Origin: Opitutales bacterium
Lineage (GTDB): Bacteria; Verrucomicrobiota; Verrucomicrobiia; Opitutales; PNEW01
DNA length: 64,000 nucleotides
Assembly (NCBI GenBank): GCA_965197745.1
Contig: CBDANS010000007.1
Coordinates: forward strand, 288,001-352,000
Direction of reading: 5' to 3'
Below, in pieces: positions 49,749 to 59,618 of the stretch (its first letter is position 1; each line of letters opens with the position of its first letter). A program made the translations under genes and the position numbers. Under the pieces are notes generated by a model. That model saw only the letters and a list, made by a program, of their open reading frames with translations. It did not search any database and was not told where the DNA came from.

Positions 49749-51061
49749 AGCAAAGCCTTAAGCGCAGAGGGTGGGATACCGATGTAATTGTTCATGAGAA
49801 ATTACATAATAATCAAGATCCTTCACCCCGTGTATTAATAGCTGAAAGTAATATAGAGAGATTCATCCCTTCTTTATTCAAGTATGCCATGAAGGGAAGT
49901 CATATTTTTCTTGGTAACCCCAAATGGGGAAGCGATCGCTGGCGCGAAGCAATCACACTGGTCAATCCGCATCTCTGCATTGGGGATATACCGAATGAAG
50001 GGGTAATCGATTATAAACAGAACGAGGATTTGGAAGCCTTATATTCAGAAGATGGACCGCTTCTCATGATACCTACCGGGGGGAGTACCGCGGGTCTGCG
50101 TTTTACGATGCATGGATGGAAGCATTTCGTTATTTCGGTTCATGCCTTTCAAACGCATTTCGAGGCTATGAAAATCAACAATTGTTGTGTCCTGCCCCAT
50201 TACCATGCCGGTGGATTCATGCAAATTATGCGTTCAATCTTAACCGAGGGTTCTCTTGAATTTCCTTCCTGGTCAGGAATCAAGGAGGGGAGGTTTCCCG
50301 CCTTTGATCCTGCGGAATTTTTCATCTCTCTCGTGCCAACACAATTATGGCAGCTTCTTAGCCATACGCCTGCAGTCGACTGGCTGAAGCAATTTAATAC
50401 CGTGCTTCTCGGCGGCGGCGCTGTGAGTGAACAGGTGCTCGATAAAGCGCGATCTTCCCGCATCAGGCTGGCTCCCTCTTACGGTATGACAGAAACGGCC
50501 GCTATGGTCTCTGCCCTGAAGGCCAAGGATTTCCTCAATGGTAAAAGGGGTGTGGGCCGGCCCTTGCCTCACGCAAAAATAGCGATACGCGATGTTAGAG
50601 GGAATCCCGTAGAGCGAGGTAGCCCTGGGCGCATTATCGTAAAAACGAAAACACTCAGCCATGGTTATTATCCGGATATTAATTTGCCGGTGAGTGACGA
50701 ATTTAATACCGGAGACGAAGGTTATTTCGACGAAGAGGGTTGCCTGCATATCCTTGGTAGACTTGATCGCGTAATTATTACCGGAGGAGAAAAAGTGGAT
50801 CCTCTGGAAGTTGAAGCAGCAATGTTCGCTACCGGCCTGATCAGGGATGTTTGGGTTTTAGGACGGGCCGACCCTGAATGGGGGCAACGTGTCATTGTGG
50901 TCTATGTGCCCATTGATGAAGAAATAAGCGACGAATGTATAAAGACCCAATTACGCGATAAATTATCGTCACATCAAATGCCCAAATCATGGATTGCTCT
51001 CAAAGCTATTCCACGTAATGCCGCGGGAAAAATAGAAATCGATCAGATCGATTTATTTTAA
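49724..51061 (+). CDS. menE: o-Succinylbenzoate-CoA ligase
   Basis: PTGGST, LLGG, SYGMTET, TGDEG, IITGGEKVDP, PRNAAGK. Confidence 0.88.
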   Translation: METDWEKLKQSLKRRGWDTDVIVHEKLHNNQDPSPRVLIAESNIERFIPSLFKYAMKGSHIFLGNPKWGSDRWREAITLVNPHLCIGDIPNEGVIDYKQNEDLEALYSEDGPLLMIPTGGSTAGLRFTMHGWKHFVISVHAFQTHFEAMKINNCCVLPHYHAGGFMQIMRSILTEGSLEFPSWSGIKEGRFPAFDPAEFFISLVPTQLWQLLSHTPAVDWLKQFNTVLLGGGAVSEQVLDKARSSRIRLAPSYGMTETAAMVSALKAKDFLNGKRGVGRPLPHAKIAIRDVRGNPVERGSPGRIIVKTKTLSHGYYPDINLPVSDEFNTGDEGYFDEEGCLHILGRLDRVIITGGEKVDPLEVEAAMFATGLIRDVWVLGRADPEWGQRVIVVYVPIDEEISDECIKTQLRDKLSSHQMPKSWIALKAIPRNAAGKIEIDQIDLF

Positions 51062-51143
51062 ATTGATAAATATTTTATCATAAATGATCATACTGTTATC
51101 ATACTGATATTGACTAATATTAAATAAAAAGCAGGAAGCAAAG

Positions 51144-52148
51144 ATGGATTATCGGAATTTCGGACGAACAGGGGTCAAAGTCAGTCCGATCTGTCTCGGG
51201 TGCATGATGTTTGGAGGGAAAACAAATCCCAAAGATTCATACACGATAATAGATCGGGCAATCGATGCGGGAATAAACATTCTGGATGTAGCCAATGTTT
51301 ACAATAGGGGGCGCAGTGAGGAGGTGACAGGTGAAGCGCTCAAACGTAACGGAAAGCGAGACCGTATTTTTCTAGGCACTAAGGTTCACGGCTCAATGGC
51401 TGACGACGACCCCAATGCCCAGGGTAACTCGCGTCGCCATATCATAGAACAGTGCGATGCCAGCCTTCGCCGCCTGCAGACCGATTATATTGATCTTTAC
51501 CAAATCCACCGGCCACAGCCGGTCACGCCTATCGACGAAACCCTGCGCGCTTTAGATGATCTCATTCATGCAGGTAAGGTCCGTTATATTGGCGCAAGTA
51601 CATTTGCGGCCTGGCAGTTTACAGAATCGCTGTGGGTGGCAAAAGAACTGGGATTAAACCGGTTTGTCTCTGAGCAGCCCCCCTATAACATACTGGATCG
51701 GCGTATTGAGCGTGAACTTTTACCCATGGCCCAGACTTATGGCGTTGCCGTTATTCCCTGGAGTCCCTTGGCAGGGGGCATGCTCACGGGTAAATATTCA
51801 AAAGAGTGGAAGGCGCCCGGTGTCGCCCGATATAATGAAGCGAAGCCTTTATGGAGCCAAAGACTTACCAACATGGGATTTGCCGCTGTTGAGGCGCTTA
51901 AACCGATTGCCGAAATGAAAGCGCGCCCTCTCTCACAATTATCACTCGCGTGGTGCGTGCAGCAACCGGGTGTGACCAGTCCTATTATCGGACCCCGCAC
52001 CATGGAGCAGCTCGAAGACAATCTGAAAGCTCTCGATTTGGCTATTACTGACGAAGACCGGAGAAGTATTGACGCTGTAGTGCCACCCGGACGCATGGTT
52101 TCCCCCTATTACGAGGCAGATTTTGGACCCCACCCGTTTGCCTTGTGA
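51144..52148 (+). CDS. Aldo/keto reductase
   Basis: LGCMMFG, DVANVY, SLRRLQTDYIDLYQIH, PWSPLAGG, IIGPR. Confidence 0.95.
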   Translation: MDYRNFGRTGVKVSPICLGCMMFGGKTNPKDSYTIIDRAIDAGINILDVANVYNRGRSEEVTGEALKRNGKRDRIFLGTKVHGSMADDDPNAQGNSRRHIIEQCDASLRRLQTDYIDLYQIHRPQPVTPIDETLRALDDLIHAGKVRYIGASTFAAWQFTESLWVAKELGLNRFVSEQPPYNILDRRIERELLPMAQTYGVAVIPWSPLAGGMLTGKYSKEWKAPGVARYNEAKPLWSQRLTNMGFAAVEALKPIAEMKARPLSQLSLAWCVQQPGVTSPIIGPRTMEQLEDNLKALDLAITDEDRRSIDAVVPPGRMVSPYYEADFGPHPFAL

Positions 52149-52187
52149 TAGGTAATATCTACAATTGGAGTTAGTTACCAAAAACCA

Positions 52188-52315
52188 CCCCAGAGGGGTG
52201 TGACATACATAGCCCACAGCGCAAGCTGTGGGAGAATGGATAAGTGTAAATAATAAAAGCCCCAGCGGGGCGACACAGTATTTATTCGAACTGGATTGTG
52301 TCGCCTCGCTGGGGC
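52188..52315. repeat. Composite REP/BIME-like element
   Basis: CCCCAGAGGGGTGTGACA; hairpin CCCACAGC-GCAA-GCTGTGGG (52213-52232); inverted pair GCCCCAGCGGGGCGACACA (52259-52277) and TGTGTCGCCTCGCTGGGGC (52297-52315), 18/19 match. Confidence 0.85.
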
Positions 52316-52532
52316 CAGGTTGTGTCGTTAAAGATTAATCTTTGGCACTGCTTACCCAGTCATGTTCCATTCAGCGATGGGTTGCTTATTAATAATTTGC
52401 TAAAAGAAATATTACAAGAATGGGGATGATGAAAATTAAGAAATATTCGATTCTACCCAAGATAGTTCTTTATCATCCGCTTTATCCTATTAATAGTATG
52501 AATACAAAAGTATCACTAATTAAAGAATACGG

Positions 52533-53906
52533 ATGAAAGCAAAAACCGCTGAAGGATCGAAAACGACTGAGCCATCATCACTGGCGATAAGGGGTGGAGA
52601 AACAGCAGTCAAATCAGATTCTGGGGATAATTTTACCTGGCCAATTATGACACGCGAGGATGAGGAAGCGGCTTTGGATGTTATCAGACGCGGAGCAATG
52701 TCCGAAATCGATGTCACGATAAAATTTGAAGAGGAATTTGCTCGCTGGCAGGGCTGCACTTACGCGTTGGGCTATAACAACGGTACCGGTGCGATCCAGG
52801 CGGCTATGTTCGCCATAAAAATTGGTGTCGGTGATGAAATTATATGCCCAAGCCTCAATTTTTGGGCTTCCGTTATCCAGTGTTACTCCCTAGGCGCCAC
52901 ACCGGTGTTTGCAGAAGTCGATCCCGATACGCTTTGTCTTGATCCCAGTGACATAGAACATCGCATAACCGGTAATACCAAGGCGATTGTCGTAAATCAC
53001 AATTACGGGCACCCGGCTGATATGGATGCTATCATGGATATTGCTAACCGTGGAAATCTCAAGGTTCTCGAAGATGTCTCCCACGCGCATGGGGCACTGC
53101 TTAAAGGTAGAAAAGTGGGATCCTTTGGTCACGTCGCAGCAGCTTCCATGATGAGTAAAAAATCATTAGCCACCGGCGAAGCTGGAATACTATGGACTGA
53201 AGATAGAGAGATTTATGATCGAGCTATAGCCTGGGGCCACTACAATCTTTATTCCCCTAATATCGAGACAGATTATTTAAGAAGCAATTTTGGAATTCCT
53301 CTAGGGGGTATTAAAGGACGAACGCACCAGGTGAGCGCGGCGATGGGAAGAGTGCAATTAAAACACTACGATCAGCGAACCGCGGAGATCCAAAAGGCGA
53401 TTAATTATTTCTGGGATTTACTCGAAGGGGTCCCGGGAATTAAGCCCCACCGCATCTCCAGGGATTCTGGTTGCACTATGGGGGGGTGGTACTGGCCAAG
53501 GGGACATTACCGCTCTGAAGATTTAGAGGGACTTTCTATATCAGCTTTTGCGGATGCCGTTAAAGCTGAAGGCAGTCTATGCGATCCGGGTTGCAATTTG
53601 CCTCTCCACCTCCACCCGGTTTTCAGTGAAGCAGATATTTATGGGCACGGAAAACCCACGCGGAATGCCCATACTACTCGAGAGATTTACCAACCCTGGG
53701 GAAGCCTTCCGGTAAGTGAAGGAATCGGGGAAAGGGTTTTTGGTGTGCCTCGATTTAATTTTTATAAAACAGACTTTATTGAAGAACACGCGGCGGCCTA
53801 CCGCAAGGTGGCAGAAAATTATCGTGATTTACTCACCGATGATAAGGGAAACCCCGGTTATCTCACCCGTTGGGATATTCCAAATCCTAAAGTCTGGTCC
53901 GCTTAA
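52533..53906 (+). CDS. DegT/DnrJ/EryC1/StrS PLP aminotransferase
   Basis: NNGTGAI, GDEIICP, EDVSHAHGA, SMMSKKSLATGEAG (PLP Lys region). Confidence 0.93.
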   Translation: MKAKTAEGSKTTEPSSLAIRGGETAVKSDSGDNFTWPIMTREDEEAALDVIRRGAMSEIDVTIKFEEEFARWQGCTYALGYNNGTGAIQAAMFAIKIGVGDEIICPSLNFWASVIQCYSLGATPVFAEVDPDTLCLDPSDIEHRITGNTKAIVVNHNYGHPADMDAIMDIANRGNLKVLEDVSHAHGALLKGRKVGSFGHVAAASMMSKKSLATGEAGILWTEDREIYDRAIAWGHYNLYSPNIETDYLRSNFGIPLGGIKGRTHQVSAAMGRVQLKHYDQRTAEIQKAINYFWDLLEGVPGIKPHRISRDSGCTMGGWYWPRGHYRSEDLEGLSISAFADAVKAEGSLCDPGCNLPLHLHPVFSEADIYGHGKPTRNAHTTREIYQPWGSLPVSEGIGERVFGVPRFNFYKTDFIEEHAAAYRKVAENYRDLLTDDKGNPGYLTRWDIPNPKVWSA

Positions 53907-53973
53907 GCCCGGTTCCTGTTTAAGATAAGCCCCTAGATCTTTTTAAGATCAAACCTAGGGAGCCCGGAATTTT

Positions 53974-54002
53974 TGAACGTTTTAACCCCTTTTCCGTCTA
54001 TA
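53974..54002 (+). promoter_or_regulatory. Possible ECF-sigma promoter
   Basis: TGAACG-N15-CGTCTATA resembles the AAC...CGTC ECF consensus and lies upstream of the tandem RNA-like motif. Confidence 0.35.
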
Positions 54003-54084
54003 CATTGTAACCGTAGAAATTCTTAAAAAATTTGTAATTAAAACGATATAGAGTCCAAGACAGTTCATCACTATTCCAGATATA

Positions 54085-54197
54085 TATTCACTCATTTTTA
54101 TGTTTTCCTCCTGAAAAGGAGTTTTGGGGTAACAGACGTAATTGGATGATAAGACGGGCAGCTTAGGGGTAGGCTGCCCGTTTTCTTTGTTTTTTTT
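54085..54197 (+). ncRNA. Candidate structured RNA, copy 1
   Basis: TATTCAC, hairpin CTCCT-GAAA-AGGAG, TTTTGGGGTAACA, hairpin CGGGCAGCTTAGGGGTAGGCTGCCCG, then a long U tract. Confidence 0.55.
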
Positions 54198-54363
54198 AAT
54201 GTGCCCGTTGCTTTTTAGGGTTTGGACTTAACCTCTGTTTTACTAAATTTTTACAATTAAATAAGTGTTTCTTATGGCACCTGTAGCACTGATAGTATTG
54301 TATCTGATAAGGGTTAAATAACTTGAACGTAATCCGACTTAGATAATCTATTAGTTTTGAGTC

Positions 54364-54470
54364 TATTCACATATCTTTCTCCCTCAGGGGAGTTTTTTGG
54401 GTAACAAAAAAGAATAGTGAAGTAGAAAATAAGCGGCGGGCAGCTTAGGGGTAGGCTGCCCGCCTTATTT
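54364..54470 (+). ncRNA. Candidate structured RNA, copy 2
   Basis: TATTCAC, hairpin CTCCC-TCAG-GGGAG, TTTTTTGGGTAACA and the identical 26-nt hairpin at 54437-54462. Confidence 0.55.
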
Positions 54471-54728
54471 GATACCGATATAACCGGTATCGATGGACAA
54501 ACCGGGAGATTCTGTGGCGTGGGTTAAATTCCCTTATTGGATCAAGTTGCTGGTGGATAATAGCTTGAGCCCATAAGACACCAACCGTTAGGGGACCGGT
54601 GGCGCTAAATCGAAGGGGATTTAGATAAAGAGAAGTCGTGACATTATTTTTATTTGCCTCTTCGTCTTCGTCAAAGATGAGTCTATGACAACTCTTGGTA
54701 TACATTTTTTAGGACGTAGAGGCAGACC

Positions 54729-54767
54729 CGTCTTCGCCAGTAGTCTACGACGTGGCAAGCGAAGACG
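54729..54767. repeat. Palindromic element downstream of the ABC permease gene
   Basis: CGTCTTCGC...CTACGACGTGGCAA...GCGAAGACG with 9-bp inverted arms. Confidence 0.5.
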
Positions 54768-54782
54768 AAGAGTTAATGTCAA

Positions 54783-57332
54783 TTATTCCTCCTCACGCAG
54801 GATGATTAAAGGTGGATGACTGGCAATACCGCGACTGTTGAAGAGCCCGGTAAGGAGTGTCAGCAGAGAGACGGTAATCACGGCTACCGGTAAACTTATC
54901 CAAACGACATCATAGGGAATTTTAAAAACAAAACGAGCGAGGGCCCAGGTGGCAATAAGAGACAGGACTGAACCTGCAATGCCGGACAGGGTGCCAAGCA
55001 GGAGATATTCAATTGTAATGATTCCACGAATAAGTCCGCTCGATGCACCTAAAGTCCGCAGCAGGACACTTTCACGAACGCGCTGGTAACGACTGGTTAT
55101 AATTGCCCCCGCCAACACCACTAATCCTGTGGCTATGGTAAAGGTTGCTATGAAGCGGATGACAAAAGCGACTCGATTCAGAATTGAAGTGACGGTTTCA
55201 ATTACCAGTGACAAGTCAATAGCTGAGACATTAGGAAATGTGGTAACTATTACTTCCTGTAAGCTGGCAGTAGCAATACGATTCGGCACCTTAGTGACGA
55301 TAGCGTAAAATGTTGGCGCTTCTTCTAATATACTGGTGGGGAAAACCACGTAAAAATTAGTCCGCATTTTCTGCCAATCCACTTCCCGTATACTCTCTAT
55401 CCGGGTCTCAATAGGGATTCCTTGCACGTCAAAGAGAATATTGTCACCCCGTTTTACTTCCAGTGACTTGGCAATACTTTGTTCGATGGATACCGGTATT
55501 GGTATTCTATCGTCCCAGTCTCCAATCAGCTTACCTTCGGTGATTTTTTCTGTGTCAATAAGATGGTTGCGGTAGGTAGAGCGGTATTCCCTATTTAAAG
55601 CCCAGCTTTCTGTTTTCGACTGCGGATCTGATTTTATTTCCGGAACTGAGCGGCCATTGATTTTAACGAGGCGCATAGTCACGATAGGCACCGTTTCGAT
55701 AATCGTATAACCCGCTTTTTCGATTATGGAAGTAACGCCTTTAATTTGATCGGGCTGTATGTCAAAGAGTACCATGTTTGGTTGGTCTCCGGCGTCTGAG
55801 AGCGCGACTTGCCGCAGTAACATTCCCTGGCAAAGATAGAGTGTGTAAATGAGAAATGCTCCCATCCCAAGGGTAACGACAAGAAATACGGTCCGATTAT
55901 TGGGGCGATATAGGTTAGAGAGACCCTGCCTCCAGATATAGGGCCACGTTTTAGGGAAATAGCGACGCATTATCCAGCGCAGACCTACGGCGAGTGCACT
56001 CAGGAGAAATAAACTGCCGGCTATTCCACCCGCGAAACCCAGGGCGTAACGGAGTTCGCTCGTTTGGGAAAAGCAGAATCCCAGGGTAATAAATGCGATG
56101 ATAGATGAAATTATCCAAATCCAGGGATCACGTCTTAAGAGGTGAGCGTTTTCGAAAGCCACACGCAAGGCATGGAGGGGAGTAATCCTGCGTACCGATA
56201 ATAGAGGGATGAAGGCAAAGAGCAGAGATATGAGCAATCCGAATGCGACGCTGAAAAACACACTCCACAAAGATATGAATACATCTACTTCGAATGGAAG
56301 AAATGAGCGAAGAACCCAAGGGAGGAAAAACTGCACGGTCACCCCAAGCACAGCGCCGAGTGCCGACCCGATAAATCCTACAACAATGATCTGTATAAGA
56401 TAGACGCCGAAAGCCTGACTTATTTTACAGCCCAGACATCGTAACACGGCAACGGTGTTTAGTTTCTCCTGCAAATAAATTTGAACCGCGCCCGCGACAC
56501 CCATGCCACCGAGTAAAAGCGCGACGAAACCGACTAGATTGAGAAAGTCATAGAGGTTGTCCATAACCTCACCAATGTTTCGTTTGCGCTTTTCTACCGT
56601 ATCATAGCCCAGGCGTTCTTCAGCAAAGATTCCTTTATCTGCTTTTTCTAAAATTGCGGTATCGATCTCTTGAGGAAGTTTAAAATAGATTTTATATCTG
56701 GCTATACTTCCCGTTTTTATAAGATCCGAGGCATCGAGCCACTTTTTGGAGAAAAAGATACGCGGGGCATAAATACCGGCTACACCGTTTTCACCGGAAA
56801 TGCGTTGCAGACCACCGACAATTTCAAATTCTAACCCTCCCAGAATTAACGAGTCACCGGGATGCACCCGGTAATGGGTCATCAGGCTTTTTTCTACAAG
56901 GGCTATAGGTCTATTCGGGGTAAGGAAATCTATAGCATTCGGTTCGGTTTCAATCTCACCGTAAAAAGGAAATGTTCCCTCTAATGCCCTGGCTTGTATT
57001 AAACGCGTTTTTCCCTGCCGGGGAAAATAAGCCATGGTTCGAAATCGGACTTCACGCGATTGTTCTCCTCCCAGAGAGGAAAAATATGATTCCGCCTTAT
57101 CCGAAAATGGACGTCTTCCAGAAATGGCTAAATCGGCGCCTAAAAGACTGCGTGAATGGAGTTCAATTGCCACTTCGAGATTATGCCGAAACGAGCTTAT
57201 TGCTACTAAAGCACCGATCCCGAAAACAATACAGAAAGTAAAGAGAAGTAATTTACGGCGATGGCCCTGACTGTCTCTCCAGGCCATGATCACCATCCAT
57301 CTCAATTCGTGGGCAGGGATTTTTATTCTCAT
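54783..57332 (-). CDS. ybbP: ABC transporter permease, double FtsX domain (YbbP-like)
   Basis: AWRD, LLGADL, FPFYG, VLRCLG, FDIQPDQ, LLRTLGAS; context with ybbA and tesA. Confidence 0.88.
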   Translation of the reverse strand: MRIKIPAHELRWMVIMAWRDSQGHRRKLLLFTFCIVFGIGALVAISSFRHNLEVAIELHSRSLLGADLAISGRRPFSDKAESYFSSLGGEQSREVRFRTMAYFPRQGKTRLIQARALEGTFPFYGEIETEPNAIDFLTPNRPIALVEKSLMTHYRVHPGDSLILGGLEFEIVGGLQRISGENGVAGIYAPRIFFSKKWLDASDLIKTGSIARYKIYFKLPQEIDTAILEKADKGIFAEERLGYDTVEKRKRNIGEVMDNLYDFLNLVGFVALLLGGMGVAGAVQIYLQEKLNTVAVLRCLGCKISQAFGVYLIQIIVVGFIGSALGAVLGVTVQFFLPWVLRSFLPFEVDVFISLWSVFFSVAFGLLISLLFAFIPLLSVRRITPLHALRVAFENAHLLRRDPWIWIISSIIAFITLGFCFSQTSELRYALGFAGGIAGSLFLLSALAVGLRWIMRRYFPKTWPYIWRQGLSNLYRPNNRTVFLVVTLGMGAFLIYTLYLCQGMLLRQVALSDAGDQPNMVLFDIQPDQIKGVTSIIEKAGYTIIETVPIVTMRLVKINGRSVPEIKSDPQSKTESWALNREYRSTYRNHLIDTEKITEGKLIGDWDDRIPIPVSIEQSIAKSLEVKRGDNILFDVQGIPIETRIESIREVDWQKMRTNFYVVFPTSILEEAPTFYAIVTKVPNRIATASLQEVIVTTFPNVSAIDLSLVIETVTSILNRVAFVIRFIATFTIATGLVVLAGAIITSRYQRVRESVLLRTLGASSGLIRGIITIEYLLLGTLSGIAGSVLSLIATWALARFVFKIPYDVVWISLPVAVITVSLLTLLTGLFNSRGIASHPPLIILREEE

Positions 57333-57349
57333 TGAGACGTTTTTAAATA

Positions 57350-58051
57350 TTATAGCCCATTATCAACTAGCTGGCCATTGTCTATGCGCAGTATGCGTTT
57401 GTTGCGGGCAGCTAATTTAAGGTTGTGGGTGACCAAAACGAGGGTGGTCCCCGAGGCTTTATTGAGAGAGAAAAGTAATTCGGTCACATGCAGGCTGGTT
57501 TCACTGTCAAGGTTTCCTGTCGGTTCATCGACGAATAAAATTTTCGGATCATTGATAAAGGCACGGGCGAGAGAGACGCGTTGTTGCTCACCCCCTGACA
57601 ACTGGACCGGATAATGATCAGCGCGTTCAATTAGACCTACTTCATCAAGTAACTCATGGGCGCGTGTAAATGATTTTAAATTACCGCGAAGTTCGAGGGG
57701 AACCATGATGTTTTCTAATGCTGTCAGCGTGGGAATGAGTTGAAAATTTTGAAAGACAAACCCCACATTTTCATTGCGGAAAAGCGCGCGCTCATCTTCG
57801 TTCAGGGTTTCCAATTCAATTCCGTTGATCATAACTGACCCACTTGTGGGTTCATCAAGACCGGCACAAAGCCCGAGCAGTGTTGTCTTCCCGCTTCCTG
57901 AAGGGCCCACAATAGCAATGGATGAACCCGGCATCACACTGAAGTTAATGTCCTTCAGAACAATTAAAGGGTGACCACCACTTTGAAATACTTTGCTCAG
58001 GGATTTTACCCTGAGAATGGATTGTGGTTGTGGGGAATCAGTTTCAGGCAT
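57350..58051 (-). CDS. ybbA: ABC transporter ATP-binding protein (YbbA/LolD-like)
   Basis: GPSGSGKTT, LSGGEQQRV, DEPTGNLD. Confidence 0.9.
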   Translation of the reverse strand: MPETDSPQPQSILRVKSLSKVFQSGGHPLIVLKDINFSVMPGSSIAIVGPSGSGKTTLLGLCAGLDEPTSGSVMINGIELETLNEDERALFRNENVGFVFQNFQLIPTLTALENIMVPLELRGNLKSFTRAHELLDEVGLIERADHYPVQLSGGEQQRVSLARAFINDPKILFVDEPTGNLDSETSLHVTELLFSLNKASGTTLVLVTHNLKLAARNKRILRIDNGQLVDNGL

Positions 58052-58186
58052 ATATAGAAATTACTCTTCCATAAGAGCACAGCGTGCTTTGAGATGTTGC
58101 AACAAAGTTACACTTAGATTAAAATGGCCAATCGTAAATATTGTAATTCCATAGAGAATTTGATTCAGCATCCATCTTCCTCTTAA

Positions 58187-58819
58187 ATGAAACTTAATCG
58201 CAAATCTTATTTTTTCTGTCATTTTTTGCTGTGCTTTTACGCCGCCAATGCATCCCTTCTGTTTGGCGATACTCCCACTATCCTCTTTTTCGGGGACAGC
58301 CTGACTGCCGGTTATGGCCTGGAGCCAGATGAAGCTTACCCCGCACGCATTCAAGAGAAAATTGAAAAGGAAGGTTTAAATTTCAAGGCTGTCAACGGTG
58401 GATTGAGCGGTGAAACAAGTGCCGGGGGCCTGCGGCGTATTCAATGGATGCTTAGAAGACCCATCGCTATTCTCATCCTTGCTCTCGGATCCAATGATGG
58501 CCTGCGCGGACTCGATCCGATGAATACGCGACAAAACCTTCAGGCCATCATGGACCAAACGAGGCAGGTAAACCCTCATGCGGTGTTCCTCATTGCGGGG
58601 TTAAAGGCGCCCCCAAATATGGGCAGCGACTATTCAGAAATGTTTGACCGTATTTTTCACGATCTGGCAAAGATTAATAATTCGGTATTAATCCCTTTCT
58701 TACTCGAAGATGTCGCGGGTATTCCCAGTTTAAACCAGGCAGATGGCATTCACCCAAATAGTGAGGGCCATCATATTATTGCCGATAACGTATGGAAATA
58801 TCTAAGACCTGTTCTCTAA
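58187..58819 (+). CDS. tesA: SGNH/GDSL arylesterase / acyl-CoA thioesterase I
   Basis: Signal peptide, FGDSLTAGYG, SGETSAGG, GSNDGLRG, DGIHPN; divergent from ybbA. Confidence 0.92.
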   Translation: MKLNRKSYFFCHFLLCFYAANASLLFGDTPTILFFGDSLTAGYGLEPDEAYPARIQEKIEKEGLNFKAVNGGLSGETSAGGLRRIQWMLRRPIAILILALGSNDGLRGLDPMNTRQNLQAIMDQTRQVNPHAVFLIAGLKAPPNMGSDYSEMFDRIFHDLAKINNSVLIPFLLEDVAGIPSLNQADGIHPNSEGHHIIADNVWKYLRPVL

Positions 58820-58899
58820 ATACAGGGCAATGGCGACCGTAATTCTTATTAAATGATTTACGATAACTGGATAATAATTTTTATTTCTATTAATCCAGT

Positions 58900-59613
58900 A
58901 TGAATAAGACGGAGACAGATTTACTAAGTGACGACGCTGTTAAGCAGTATTTTCGTGACGGGTTTCTCGTCGTTAAAAACCTCTATAGCGAAAATGAAAT
59001 GCAAACCTGGAAAAATAAATTAATGGCAATCTTAAAAGAAGAAGGTTCGATTAATAATACTTCCGGGGTGCGTGTTTTTTTTATGCATGATATACATTCT
59101 TACTTTAAGGATAAGATGGGCGATCCGAAAGTTGTCTCCATATTGCGCCAAATTATAGGACCCCAGATTGAGTTCCTAAGCGTAAAGGCAGTTTTCAAAA
59201 ATAATAAGACAAAATTTAACTCTCCCTGGCATCAGGATTGGTATTATTGGAAAGGCGCAAATAAGACATCGGTATGGATTGCCCTGGACGACGCTATTCC
59301 TGAAAACGGATGTCTGAAAATGATCCCATGCAGTCATAAAAAACTTTTTCCGTGGAACACTATCAAGAGTAGTAACCTCTTTAGCCATCGCACAGAGGAA
59401 GATGAAATTAAAGACCTGCCATTCCAGACTTTGGCTCTTAAACGGGGAGGTGCTGTTTTTTTTCACGATAGGACCTTGCACAGCTCTTATCCCAATTCCA
59501 GTGGTGCTGACCGCTATTCTTTTATCTCGACATACCGTGACGCTTCTATCAAAGACGAATCATCGGTATGGGATTCTGCCATGGTGGTAAGCGGTGATAG
59601 TGTGAATGGTTAA
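58900..59613 (+). CDS. Phytanoyl-CoA dioxygenase (PhyH) family Fe/2OG oxygenase
   Basis: PWHQD, WIALDD, ENGCL, TLHSS. Confidence 0.92.
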   Translation: MNKTETDLLSDDAVKQYFRDGFLVVKNLYSENEMQTWKNKLMAILKEEGSINNTSGVRVFFMHDIHSYFKDKMGDPKVVSILRQIIGPQIEFLSVKAVFKNNKTKFNSPWHQDWYYWKGANKTSVWIALDDAIPENGCLKMIPCSHKKLFPWNTIKSSNLFSHRTEEDEIKDLPFQTLALKRGGAVFFHDRTLHSSYPNSSGADRYSFISTYRDASIKDESSVWDSAMVVSGDSVNG

Positions 59614-59618
59614 CATAA

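Noticed and set aside
54155..54462. CRISPR array from the two identical 26-nt palindromes
   Set aside because: Only two copies, 256 bp apart, with additional shared upstream structure and no cas genes in the window.
54445..54705. 86-aa minus-strand ORF
   Set aside because: No recognisable motif, and its stop lies inside the repeated hairpin; likely spurious.
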